Assembly: GCF_022539665.2 (NCBI RefSeq)
Contig: NC_081333.1
Coordinates: 10,788,001-10,852,000 of the forward strand
Reading direction: 5' to 3'
From: Daphnia carinata
Lineage: Eukaryota
DNA: 64,000 nucleotides
The position numbers and the translations under genes are program-made. Positions 12,201-25,800 of this stretch are shown piece by piece (positions within the stretch are counted from its first letter, which is position 1; every line of letters starts with the position of its first letter). A model generated the notes under the pieces. That model searched no databases, was not told where the DNA came from, and saw nothing but the letters and a program-made list of their open reading frames with translations.

Positions 12201-13073
12201 TACACGCGAGGAGGGTTGAGCGGAGAGAACGGAATGCAGTGCGCAGGTGCTCCATTCGATGGCTCATCCATTGACGGATGAACTGCCTTCTCTCTTTCGA
12301 TGCTTCTTCTTCCTGCCTATTGAAAGGTCGGACAAACGGAATCTGCTCAGGTAGCTGTTCTAGACTTCTTTTTGTTCACCGATCGTTGGAATCCGTTTCA
12401 TCGGTCAGATTGAGCTTGGGCACGAGCCTCTCATCAGAGAAGAGAGCTTCCATTTTTTTTTTTTTTTTTTTTGTGTACTGGGGGGCTCATCGTTCTAACA
12501 CATTTTACCTCTCTCTCTCTCTCTCTTTCATATTTTTATTATTTCTTATTTCTTTCGTCTTTTGTTTTCTTTCTTGATCATTATTTATATTCTTGATCTT
12601 CATCATCACACACGCAGCTGGAAGGCATTCATTTGTTTCGGTTCAAGAGCGGTGCGGGCACGAGCCCCAGCTGGGCACGCGCCCGCGGCCGCTTCGAAAT
12701 TTGTTGAAGGCTTTTTTTTTTTCTTTTCCTTTAATTTTATTTTTTTTCGAGTTCTTTACATATTTTTGGGGGGGTATCTCCTTTTTTAATTGCATTTTCT
12801 TTGCCCCGTTCATTCGTGTAGGAATCTTTCCTTTATCCTGTCCCGGCTAAGCAAGCCAAAACTAAAAAAAAAAAAAAAGCCAAACAAGAAAAAGAGATAC
12901 ATAGGGACGCTCCGGGTTACGTGTAAATTACAGGTTCGCCACTTTTTCTCTTCTCTTTTTTTTTTTTTTTTTTTTTTTTTGAATTTTGGCCTTTCGCTGC
13001 TGCTGCCGCACCCCCGCCGCCACCGGATGATTTCTGCGATCAGTTCGACGTCATATGTTAAATTCCTTTTTTT

Positions 13074-13103
13074 TTCTTCTTCTTCTTCTTCTTCTTCTTC
13101 TTC
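13074..13103. repeat. (TTC)10 microsatellite
   Basis: Direct reading. Confidence 0.9.
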
Positions 13104-16100
13104 ATTTCTTTCCTGTCCTATTGCTTCCCTGTTTCGACTGCACACCTGTCAGAAAATTTCGGCGTGCTTTTAGAAATAAGTCCTTGGAAGACCCCCATCA
13201 TGTATAGCCCGCTGTTGCAAGAGATTTATTCGGTGCACCTCCCTTATAGCGCGCACTGATTCCCGATGGCCTTTAATAACTGCAAGACTAACGTACATGG
13301 TGTAATTCATTTGTAGGAAATGGTTTTCCATCGTCGGGTTATTATAGCGTGCGTTCCGTCAAGGGGAAACGACAGAGAGTGATCGTAGCAAATAGATCCA
13401 GGCTATGCAATTAGATGCAAACGAGCCACGTTCTGTGTGTGTGTGTGTGTGTGTGTGTGTCTACGAATTGAAAAGCGACGTATCAATAGATAGAATTTAA
13501 TAGTTCAGAAGGGCAAAAGTGAAATTCCTAGGAGTCGTGGACTACATAGAAAATGTGAAATAGACAACAGTTGGCTCTGTGATATATATTGCTTGTCTAT
13601 CCATGTTAATTTTTTGGAGAGAGAGAAAATAGATTACAATCAGCGCTCTTCGGCTGACGTTATTGCAAGCCTTTAGGGGGTCAATCGAGTCCAACGTCTA
13701 TGTTATCGATTACGCTGGCGGGATGGCAGGTCAAATAATAAATTAAAAAAAAAAAAAATGTGGTACACTTGCGCGACAGGCAAACAACGAGAAAGCGCAC
13801 GACCGGTGTCTTCTTTGAATTCAATGGCAAACGCTTTGGCCAACAGTTGGCCCGATAAAAGACGCGGTGTGCGGGAAAGAATGGCGAAAACGAGACAGCG
13901 ATAGAGAAAGAAAAGAGACAGGCCATAAAAACGACAACAACAACAACGAAAAAAAAAAAAAAAAAAAAGAGGACCGCATTCTTGGGTGTGCCACGATGGG
14001 TTGTGGAATGTTTTGCCGCGTGTGTCTCAACTTAAATCACGTCGCATTTCGTTCCCGCAGCTGGGACATGTGGGTCAGACTAAATGACGTCATACGTGGG
14101 TCATCGCAGAAAGACTCCATCTTTTACTAATTGAACAATTGCTGTTACTGTTTCCGCCGCTTACGTTTGAAATTTGGCAATGAACTCTCTCTTTTTCTTT
14201 TCTAACTCAAAGAGCTTCACGTTGCCATATCTTGGTCCCGTAATTGTTATACATTGTCCAGTATTGAGGCCATCGACGTTTTGACACTCTCGGTCCCAAA
14301 ACCGCCGCATCTTTCTTATTACGCAATGCCCAAAGCGATTTTCTCCAGTTCATCTTCACGACCATCGACGGCGGCGTCTTTTTGTTCCATTTTGAAATCC
14401 AACACACACACATAAAAAAAAAAAAAAGCACGAACTTTCACTCCCGCTACCTCGCGATAGATCATCGCGCGATGTCGGAGAAAGAGAAAATCGTCAAAAA
14501 AATCAAAATACTGTAAATAATAAATAAATAAATCAGAGATAAGGAGATAGAAAAAAAAAAAAGGACGAATTCAATAGAGGCACAACGGGAGCTGACGTCC
14601 CCTTCCGCAAAAAAGGGAAAAAAAAATTTAAAGAGGAATAGAAATTATTCCGTCTCTTAGAGAGGTTTCCTCGAAACGGACTCCATTTGGCTGTTGACTT
14701 ATTCCTTTCGTAACAAATACTCGTGTGGGTTGTATTGCTCGTTGCTAGGGTCATGTTCCACCTTTTTTTTTGTTTCTCCTTTGACTGTGCAATAAGGGAA
14801 GTCTGTTTTTTTTTTCTTTGTATGCATTATCCCAACGCGCTGCCCCGTTCCTTTATCGCATTCGTTCCAGGGAAATTCGATTCTAATTGGAATCGGAAGT
14901 GATGCGAGCGCCCAACTCTGGCGTTGCCGTCATATATCTTCCGTGGGGCTCTCTCTCTCTCTCTCTCCCGTTCCCCTCCCCAAACCTACGCAGGTGGGGC
15001 ACCATATACTCACGCTACAATAGACACACTCACGTCAACCGGTCGGGGAACTTTTTTTTTGCATACATTATCCAAATGCAAGCACAAAAAGCGAACCCGT
15101 TCAAATATTATTTACCGCTTTTCCCACTTTTTCTTTCTTTTTTGTTTTGTTTATCTGCACCGTGAATTGTGTGCCGTTAGATTGTGGTTTGCCCCTCATG
15201 TTGTTGGCTATCGTTTTGGTGCAATCCGACATGTGTGTGTGTGTGTATATACGTAGTCTGCATAGTTTCCTATGATTCATATGCAACAGGACAGTAAAGA
15301 GCCGGTATACCGGATTCAGTGCAGCTCTGGAATGTTGCGCACCGAGTCGATTGCCCCGTGCACTCCCGCGTGCCTCCTCGTCGCGCCCATTGTCTTCTTT
15401 TCATAAATTTGAAGAGAAAAACAAAGAGGAAGAAAAAAAATGTATGTATAAAACAAAGTCCGAAAATGAGAAAATAGAAGAAGAAATAAAAAGAAAAAGG
15501 GAAATTTCTTTAGCCCATACCAACCCACGCCTATGATTGCGTTAGCCGTTAGGCGTCATCTCGATAACTCGAGCCCCGCCATTACGCTCATCGGTTTAAT
15601 CTTCTAGCACTTGTCCGAGGCCGTAAAAATCGCATTCCATCCTTTTTTTTTTTTTCTTCCTTTTTCTTTAAAATTAAAAAAGATGAATAAGAAAATGAAT
15701 AAGAAGAAGAAGACGGAAGAAATGGCTGCTGTTTCGGAAAATCAAGCTAACGATTGTTTAGAGTCGAGGTCATTGACGAGTGCCATTCTCCTCCGTAAAT
15801 TTCCACCTGGGAAGGTAAGGCAAACGACACTGAGGTCAAACCGTTTTTTTTTTTTAATGCAAACGAATGGCTCGAACGATTGTTATCAATAGCTTTGGAT
15901 ATGCTGCCTGCGCTATGGTAATGCGCTTGATGTTTATTAGGAATATCCAGCAGGGAAAATATCCACAACACACACACACATGTATACAAAAAAAAAAAAA
16001 AAAGAATCGAAGAATGTGTTGGTTTTTTTCCATCTTCTTCCACCTTGCCGCCGCTTTCGTGATTACGCCGCCTCACAAAAAAAAAAAAAAAAAAACGAAA

Positions 16101-18274
16101 CAGAGAGGCCAGCATCAGCCTCCAGTCAATACATTTCGATTGGCAATGATTGAAAACATGTCAGGTGGATGGGCTATTCAGGTGGAATATAAAAGCTTCA
16201 AAAAAAAAAAAAAAATATTCACCGCGCCGGAAATTAAACTCCATAAATATAAATTCCATTTGGGTATGTGAAAGAAAAAGGTATATTTATTTATTCGGTT
16301 GGTCGCGTCCGCGGATGACGTGACAAGTGATGAGAGAATAACGAATCGTTCAATTGGATATCCACTTTGTTTATCCCCCCATAAAAAAAAAATTGTTTAA
16401 AGTAAAGAGATCAAACGGCGCGTAAATGCATTTTTCAAATCCATGAAATCACGGAATGAAGGATGGAACGCACACCGTGCAAGGGTCACTGTCAAGACGA
16501 TCTCCAATGCGCTCGTCAGCGCGCCGACAATGTGTGTTCTTTAACACCACATTCACGCATGTGAAGCTGATGATGGACGAATTCCATCAAAGCATTAGAC
16601 TGTTATGCCGCATCGCATACGAGCGTGATGCGTGTGCGATGATTACGAGCCAAGCCCTTCACTCTAAATCCAGTTTATCATATTCTTCCAAACCCCCTGC
16701 TGTTGCTCTGTACCTGTTTCTTTTGCTCGCCTTTTCCTTTCCCTCCCATTTTTCTGACTCGGCTTATTTTTTTTTGTGTTATTTTGATTTGATACTTCAT
16801 CGTATTGATTGCTGTCGGCTGCATTTTTTTGTTTCAATTATTCCGCTTAGAGCGATGGATTATTTTGATTTGTTGAATCCCTCCTATTTATTGTTTTCTG
16901 ATTTGTGTGTGTGTGTGTGTATGTGTGTGTGTGCGTGGGAAACGTCATCACGTCCGTCTCTTCTGCTCTGTCTTTAAAATCTATCGGCTGCTGCCGTGCT
17001 GCGACCGGGATTCGCCAGAGGGACACGAACACCAGTTGTTGCGTTTCCCGATAGCTATCATCAGAGTCAGATCCGGGTCGTCGTGTATACCAGTTACATA
17101 TATAGCATAACAAAGAGCGCACACAGCGCATAAATAAATTGTAGTGTGTGTGTGTGTGTGTGTATGTGTGTGTGCAAGTATCACGGCATCATGCGTCAAC
17201 GACCAACACACAACGTGAGCTCTCCAAACCACCGATATGTACCTGCGTCACCTTGTTCTCCTTATTCATCATCTTTCTTTTTTTTTCTCTTATACATTTT
17301 TTCTATCATTTTTTGCTTCATCTTGATAGCTAAACGTATGGCAGTAGTAGGCGGTATGGAGACTTGTTAGATTCTTATGCCATTTCAACATTTCCAGCAG
17401 AGAGGACACGTAGCGAAATGTTGCGTGGGTGCTTTGTACAGCAGTTTTCTTTTTGAGTGGTTGGTCCAGCTCATTGGTTGCGACAGTGCGTATAGAGGTT
17501 TCCCTCTTGTATGTTACGCTCAGCTGGCCCGCCAGTGTGAGTGAGAGAGGCACCGAGACTCATCAGTCTTCTCTCTCTCCGAGTGGAAGTGCTTTATGTA
17601 TTATATCTACTATAGCGTTTGTACGTGTATATATATATTCGTCTGAAATCCTCTACCGAGAAAGAACGACAACACCAAAAACAGGTTCACACATGTAACG
17701 TATACGTCAGCCTTTCACCATAAAAAAAAAAACAAAATGAAAGAGTGAGAAGGGGGGAATAAATAAGTAAAAAAAAAAAAATAAAAAAAAGGGAGTCGCG
17801 AGAGATGCAACAGTTCCATCTTGTGCATCTTCTTCTTTTGCCTTGTAGGTTCCATCTCATTCGCTGCTGGGAATCGGTTTCTAACCGACACGATCAGTAC
17901 ATGTACATGTCGCTTGTTGGACAGTGTGGTGGGTGTTGCGCAGTCTGTAACAATATACCATGAATAAGCAATGACATTTCTATTTGGTAAAATCATTCTC
18001 GCCTTTTTTTTTTGTGTTTTGTTTATGTCTTCCCTTTCTCTTAAAGTCAAAACAAGGTAAACTATACCCACCTTGTTAGACCGGCAGAACTCTGACAATT
18101 GAATAGGATTAAAACAATTCTACGAATGTTCAGCCGTTCATTTTTGTTTTGCGATTCACAATGGAACTCATCCAAAATAGATCCACGTACGTGAGTGAGT
18201 TGATTGTCTACGTGTGTACTGGTAAGAGTTGAAGAAGACAATGATGTCACATTAATAAATAATAATGACTTTGA

Positions 18275-19200
18275 ACATGAACAATTCAAAAACTATAAGT
18301 CCCACAAGAAATTCAGGTCGATATTCGTGAGTCCCGTTAAATTTTGAATAAGAATCATGTATTTTTGGTCAGATTTAAAATTTTGCCAAAATTGAAAAAG
18401 TGGGAAGGCTATAGCCTTCTCACTTTTGTCAAAATCGGCCAAAAACCAAAATCTCTTGGAAATCAATAGAAACCGCGTGATATATTCACAATTGAACGCT
18501 GATTTTAAAAACATAACTCATGTTAAAGCCACATCTACGTTTTTGGAAATAATAAGCCCGAAAAAAAATTGAAAAGTAAGACGCTGATAGCAAAGAAAAG
18601 TTTTGTTTTGATTCAGTTATTATTTTATAACGCAGTCAAAATGCTTACTTTTTTAAGCGCAACGACTTTTCAAATAATGCTGAATCTACAAGACCATGGG
18701 CTTATCTAATTTTTGGAAATGATGTATTTTTAACGAAATTTAGATTTTAGCCAAAAATGAAAAAGTGGGAAGGCCTTCTCACTTTTGTCAAAATCGGCAA
18801 AAAACGAAATCTTTTGGAATTCGATAAAAATCACATGGCATAGCCAAAATTGAATGCTGAGTTCGATCATTTAAGTGTTTTTCTCCTTAACCCAGCCGTT
18901 ATTATTTTTTAATAGGAAAACTATAGAAATTTTAAGCCCGACTTTTTTTTGTCGGGCTTATTTTTCAAGCCCCGCAACCACGTAAAAGTCGAATTACTCT
19001 GGAACTATCAGTCCCACGAGAAAATAAGGTAGATTTTCGTGATCCCCGTATAGTTTCCCATTGAAATGATGTATTTTTAACGAAATCTAGATTTTAGCCG
19101 GAAATGAATTTGTCAAAATCGGCAAAAAACGAAATCTCTTAGAATTCGCCCAAAATCCCAACGTCATACTCAAAATCGAACGCTGATTCCGAATAACTGA
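18275..19200 (+). repeat. Modular AT-rich dispersed/tandem repeat, copy A (about three diverged head-to-tail units); possible non-autonomous DNA-transposon or satellite derivative
   Basis: The segment TTTGTCAAAATCGGC-AAAAAC-AAATCT-TT-GAA recurs at ~18425, ~18784 and ~19109. Unit heads AACTAT-AGTCCCAC occur at ~18291 and ~19003. The copy is reverse-complement similar to 35540-36590 (ORFs 18293..18514- and 36334..36549+ translate nearly identically). Boundaries are approximate. Confidence 0.85.
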
Positions 19201-22200
19201 TCCATTTCTTCGTCAAATCACCCATTTATGAACTATTTACAATAATTGTGCTGTATCTCAGTGTTAAACCTATATGTAATGTTAAGAAAAAAACAACTCA
19301 CACAATATTCATAATTTTTAAGCCTTATATTGCTCTTCTATTTATTTAGTTTTCTCTCGATATATTTTAGGGTGCGGCGGCCTTCGAAAGTGGCAAGGAG
19401 TGTCACATGGACTACATTTCTCGGCTCTTATTCATTTTTGGCGACGGAGGTGCATCAATTACGGTGTGTGCGTGTGTGATGCCGGCGGGGCTATCCTTCT
19501 ATTTTTTTTTTTTTTTTTTTTTTATTCTATCCCCACCCAGGCTGTCATTTACGACTTTGTTAGTCCCGTGTAAAATTCCGCTCCCATATTCACCAAGAGG
19601 GGACAAAACGCAGGCCGTTCGGATAGGTGAAGGGGCATTGGGTCCAGCTCTAGAACGAACGGCCGCACTAGAGTCAATTGGCACCTACCTGTTAGTACAA
19701 AGGAGGTCTAGTGGCAAGTGGAAAAAGAAAAAGGAAATCTAAAAGCCACGACGAACAGAATGAAAAGGGGGAGAAGAAAAAATGGCCCTCCCACGTCGCG
19801 CCCACGGGCTTCTTTGACGCAATTCTATATGACACTGGCTCGCGCTTGCCTCACCTCATTCTTTCGGGGTTGTCGGTGACCGTTTTTGACGAGTTGACGA
19901 CTGACTTTTACCTCACACGTCCCTTCCCTTGCAAACCATTCGTCTTATTTCGTTCGGGGTTTATCGCCTTTTCGATGGGCAGCTGGACAATGTCTAGAAA
20001 TAAATCAAACGGGTCGAAGAAACCCCATCGGATATTTATATGTATTTTTTTGGAAGTTTTAATGCCCGGATCGTTTTGCGAGTTTTGTACGAGTTTTAAA
20101 ATCGACGCAATAGCGACTACACACCGCATATTATATGGCAAGCGTAGCGATCGTGTATACCTGTCTATCCGTGGTGTAATACGCTTTGATTTATTGTTTC
20201 TGACGGAACGGATTGGCTTATATATGTTTTTTTTTTAAGTGTCAAACTATTCAACTTGTGGCACATCCGGCCTGTTGGTTTTCTTATCCGTTTCTACAAT
20301 AACAGAAAAAATCATTTGTGCTTTATCTTCACGCCTACGATTTACTGTCAGACAAATAGCCTATTGATCTTTGGGCACTCCCCACACGATATCCCACCAA
20401 TCAATGTAGTTGGAACGTAACAAACGAAGAATCATCCGCTTACTTCTTCATGACTTCATCCCATTCGTGTGGGAAAACGAATGAAGAACTGATGATGGCC
20501 TCTATTGAAAAATGTTTGAAGACCCCATGCTGAATTAATTGCACAACGTACTGCACTGGACATGATGTAACGCAGAACTAGCGGACACCGTAGAAAAAGA
20601 TGAAGAAACGATTTACGAAAAAAAGAAGAAGAGACAATGATACATCCTGTACAGCATCACCTGGCAATAAGACGAAGGCAATAGTTCAGAACTTTCCCAA
20701 AAAAAAAAGGAAAGGAGTATAACAACAGCAGAGTCATATGCAAGAGAAAGATGTGAGGACTTGAGGAAGACGGTGAAAAAAAAAAAAGAGTAGGAACAAA
20801 TATCGAAAAAAATAATAATAAATTCAGAGACTTTGATGGACGACTGTCGTTATCGTATCCAGGGAGAGGAGGAAGAGTAAGAAGAAGAGCTCGAGATGGC
20901 TCACAAGACAACAGGCAACAATGTGCGTCTCGCTGTTTGTTAGGAAACAAAACTACGCTCCTACATATCTACTATATAGAGAAAAAAAGAATGAAAAAAA
21001 AATATGCATAACAGATCAGTTTTCCCTCCCACCCCCCTCTTTTTTTTATTATTTTGATTTGTTACGGCCTCGTTCACATTCGACTGGATCACCATAATAA
21101 ATCATCACTCCATATACTACGAAACTTATTTCGGTTCCTATCGTGATCTATTGACCCGACACTGTCCGACACACTTAAATGCGACGCTGTTGCGTGAACA
21201 GTGTTCACGAAATTTAGTCGGCTAGATGCGCACAAGGTCTGCGTATATACCAGCAATGCCATTCATCAAGTATTCGGACGTAATTTAACAAACAATTAGC
21301 CGCAAACGGATGTGAAATAACCCGTTATTCTTAGTAGAGGACGATGTCTTTCTTCGTATTCCACGTAAACGGCTTGTATAATCTATAACTAGCTAACAAA
21401 TGCTTAAATTAGCATAGTATTTTCCCGTAATCGTGGCCGTTTATGGTATTGCGCAAAAAAATATATAATCCGCCATCAAGTTGGAGGGGAAAAGGATCTC
21501 GAGAGCGTTTCGTGATTTGTCATCGGAATCCGATCGTTTGGTCATCATAAACACGTCGTCGGTGATATAACGATGAAGTAACGGCATGATGCCGTTTGAG
21601 CGTCTGATGAATGATACGATTGAAATGAGTGATTGCGCCGTGTACCTCTCCATCCAACCGGTCCGCAACTTCTTCAACTTCCATCCGCCTCTGGCGACTC
21701 TCTGACGACCATGTTTGGAGTCTGTGTGTCTGTTTGTATATATAAATAACATAGGTATATATATATATATGTGTGTGTGAGTGTGTGTGTGCTGTACCAC
21801 GGTACGTACATATACAAGTGTGTGTATAAAAGAGCGTGGGAAAGTGTCAGAGTAACACACAGCGCATAATGAAAGGGGGCGAGGTTTTTCTTTTTGGGCG
21901 ACCTACCTTCAGTGCCATCTTTTCTCTCTTTCTACAGGTCACTCCTTCTTCTTCAACGAAAAATTAAAAAAAAAAACCTGTTATACATCTTTGAAGATGT
22001 GTGACCACCTACGCCATTGCTCCTCTTCTACAAATGTATATATACCAACGATGGCAATATAAAATGTTTTATGTCCGTTATTTTTTTTTTTTTATTTATA
22101 ATACCTGTATAGATTTTTAGGTTGCGAGATTGATTTCTCACCCACTATTGGTATCACATCTTTTCTTTAGATACAGTTGGAAATGGCGCTACAAGTTCAC

Positions 22201-22847
22201 TTAGCACCTGAGCAGCGAAATAAGACGACTGGCTGTTTTCACCTTCTGTCTTGAAAAACGTAAACCTTTCATGGAAAAAGAAAAACATGTGGGCCACATC
22301 AAAGCGAGAGACCAACGTCCGTTCGGTCAATATTCTCTTCAAATGTCCTCTGACTTTTATTCCCCTTCTTAAAAAAAAAAAAATGTGTCTCTTATATGTG
22401 TTTGCCTCTATACGTTCTCGTGTGTAGGAGGATTCACAACGGGGTTCCTCCGTTCGTCTTCTTCCTTTTTTTTATTTTTTTATTTTTTTTGTGCGATGCA
22501 TTCGTGTTCGTATCGGTTAGTTTTCTCTGTCTCTTTCAGTTTCATCATCTATTTTTTTGTCGTTGTCGGGAAACCGAGCGCATGATCCCCGCAACTCGAT
22601 CGAATTTGTCCATACGTAGGTGTAACCTCCACATTCCCGAAAGCCTTTCACAAGTTTCTTATCCTTTGTCACGGTCTCTTTTGTTTCTTTTTTTCTATAT
22701 CTTTTCTTTCAATAGGAACAAAGCCATTCTTACAGTACAACGTATGACTTGTTGTCTCTCAAGTCACAAATAACTCGGCTATGGTCTATCACAAAGTCGA
22801 ACCATTCATCACTGGTCGGTCCCGCCCCGGAGTTTTGCATCGCAGAG

Positions 22848-22860
22848 AGTTCAATGCACT
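22848..22860 (+). promoter_or_regulatory. Candidate ecdysone response element (IR1) AGTTCAATGCACT
   Basis: Matches the EcR/USP consensus RG(G/T)TCAnTG(A/C)(A/C)CY and differs from the Drosophila hsp27 EcRE core GGTTCAATGCACT only at the first purine. Function is not shown. Confidence 0.4.
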
Positions 22861-25800
22861 TGGATTTCAGCTGACTTAACGGTAAATACATTTCACGGCT
22901 TATATAGCGATGCGTGATTGAAAACTATAGGGATGTTGCACAACAACGGCAACCAAGTGGGGATCAATTAAAAGAAAAGTCGTATAGAATCTATAGCCCA
23001 TGGCAGTTTAGGAATTTGTCTCATAAATACAATCCAAGCTTTCGATCCGATAGCGCAATAGAAACAGGGGAATCGTGAGAGTTGAGTGGATCGATTGGTT
23101 GATGGTGACAAAATATCGCAAAGTTCAATCTTTTGTATTAGAGAATAGCATTTTGAGGCACTCGAGTTACGAACGAAAATGAAGTCCCTTACAGGTAAAC
23201 GTTTTTATTTTACAGCCTTTTTTGTTTTCCCGAATACGAAGGTGTTGCTGCGGCCGGCAGCCGAGAGGCCATTACGAAATGCCGCCACTTTATCTGTTAA
23301 TGATGATGATGGCAAAAGGTGCTTTTGGTTCAATCAGACGCTTAAGCAAGGGGCTAACGCTTCCAGCAAGTTATGGCACGATTAGTCAGACAACATTCAG
23401 ACAACAACTTTCTTTTTCTCTCTCGTTTTCTTTGATTCTTTTTTCAAATCATATCGTTCCTTTGGCTTCCTCTGTCTAACGATCAGTTTGTTAGACGTTG
23501 ATCTTTGACGGACCAGGCCTAATAGCAGAGACATGCAATTGAATGATGATTGCTCCTGCTTCGATTTCTCGGAGCCAGACATTGTAACAAGCATTCGTAC
23601 CTTTTGTTTTTGTTTTCCCATGATGTACTTGATTACCTACCCCGGTGGGCCGAAATGTTTTCAATCCATAGAGGGGATGAACGAAACCAATGAGAATTTT
23701 TAAAAAGAGATGTTTGACAACTTCTCACGGTTTGCCGATCATGTTTCGTTATTTCTCTTAAATGTGCGCACACATTTTTTACTTTCATCTTCATTTTCAG
23801 GGTTTTTAGAAATACAAAGAGTCGACAAATGTTTCGAATATAAAAGGCGGAGTCCGCTGGAAATAGTCTTAGGAAAAAAAGAGGCGAAAGAAATCCATCA
23901 GAGCACGCCCTCCTCGTTTTATTTTTCGTTTCTTTATTTAAACAGTGTGGACGCGATTTACATTGGGAGCTACTGCGTTGTATGACTCCGCCATATACTC
24001 TGATGTAGACTGACGCCTCTCTCGCACTGTCTCCAAGGTTGTTATTATGATTACGGGTTTTCCCGAAACATAAAAAGAAAAAAAGAAAAATTTCAAAAAG
24101 AAGCCACCAACGTGAAACAGGCCGCTTATTTTTCTCCTGCTGGGTCCATTTTTCAAATACGCGCTGCGGACGTGAGTAATTTGTATAAGAAAAGTTGATT
24201 GAATCGCTACTTTCTGGGCTGCCTCCTTGTCGCCTCGTTTCTCTTTCTACCACACCTTGGCATTGGATGGGCCAAGGATGAGAAGGAGTGGACACTGGAT
24301 GCAACGGACTGCAATTGTATGGCGGGAGAGCAGTGGAAACATCTGATCGTAACCAGATGCACGCCGAAGAAGGAGTACGCTAATTATAGTTATCACCCAA
24401 GTGAGTCAGTATTTTCATCAAAAGCTCCGATTCTCGGAAGCATTAACCAGCATTCCTTCTATGTGTGTGTGTGTGTGTGTTATGTCTTTCGCTAACGCTA
24501 TGCTGCACACACAACTATTTCGGCTCCTCTCGGAAAAGTCAGCGCCGTGCCGCGACAAGTGAACTACTTTTCTCTCCTTTTATCCGTTTATCTCACTTCT
24601 GCGCAGTTTCCACTCTCTTCATTGCGCACCCCTAAAAAATAATGCTTTTGTAAAAATTACATTGTACTATCAGATAGGATCTCAATAGACTTTCAACATC
24701 GACGAGATCTCATAAGAAGAAACTTCTTTAATAACACAATAATAATGGACTAAATAAACCCCGTAAAAGGAAGGATCTGCATTCTAAGCGTCGTCGCGAT
24801 TTCTCTTGTAACATTCGCATTTTCGAGAACATTTTTTAAAGTCTCCATCGAAGACGTCGACCACCGCCGTCGACTCGATGGCACGATATCATTTAGATAA
24901 ACATATCGTAATGGAATGGAAGAGTGGAGCGCCGGAACAATCCAGCCATAACGAAGAAAAAAAGGGAGAATGTTCCACAACAACAACAAAAAAAGAGGCT
25001 CTACAGAAAGGAACGGTAAGTGGGTTGGGAGGGAATCATGTTGTACGGTCAGCACTGCGGCTAGAGAGAAACAGAGACGCACCGCCGTCATCCGTCTCCA
25101 AAATGATGGCCGCTGACGACGGGCTAAGGGTTCTTCTCGACAAGGGCATCACCTTTGGTAACTGCTGTTCTTGTTTGAGCTCTTGCGGGTGGTTGAATTC
25201 TCTCGGTTAAAAGATGACGATCTGTTGAAGGAAAAAAAAAAAAAAAAGAAGGAAAGATGGAGGGGTAAAAAAAAGGAAGGTATAATTTTTTGATTTTCTG
25301 CCGAGTAAGCAACGCTCAAAAGAAGCCGAAAAATAAGCCACCAGCAGCACCGAACAGAAGCCAGCTGCACAATCACCTTCTCGCTATAGCAGCTTCTCTC
25401 TTCCTCAGCAAGTCCCTTCTGTTGTGCGTACATACGTTTGTGTGTGTTTGTATGTGTCTCTGACCGTCGGCTCTGTTAGTTCGGTCGTATTCAAATAAAT
25501 AGACACCAATCTTGTCCCTATCGGGAAAAAAAAAAGGCTGAAATGATGTCGGCTTCTTCTATCGTTAATATGATCGAACCTCATCTACCCCAAAAAAAGA
25601 AGCAAGCGAACAACCGATGCGGATGAGTCGAATCATTCCCCAAGTGTTTTCCTGGAACTTATTAACAATAGAACGTGTAACAGTGGACTGTTCGCAGAGG
25701 AACGTAACAGAAAATAAAAAAAAAGAGAAAGAAATTCTCTATCCTTTAGCGGTTGAGAGAAAGAAAGAAGAACAGGTAAGAACGACACGCGCAAAAAAAA

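Noticed and set aside
18293..18514. 73-aa minus-strand ORF nearly identical to ORF 36334..36549 (+), suggesting a duplicated small protein
   Set aside because: The similarity comes from the shared DNA repeat. Other units have indels and palindrome deletions, and no domain is recognisable.
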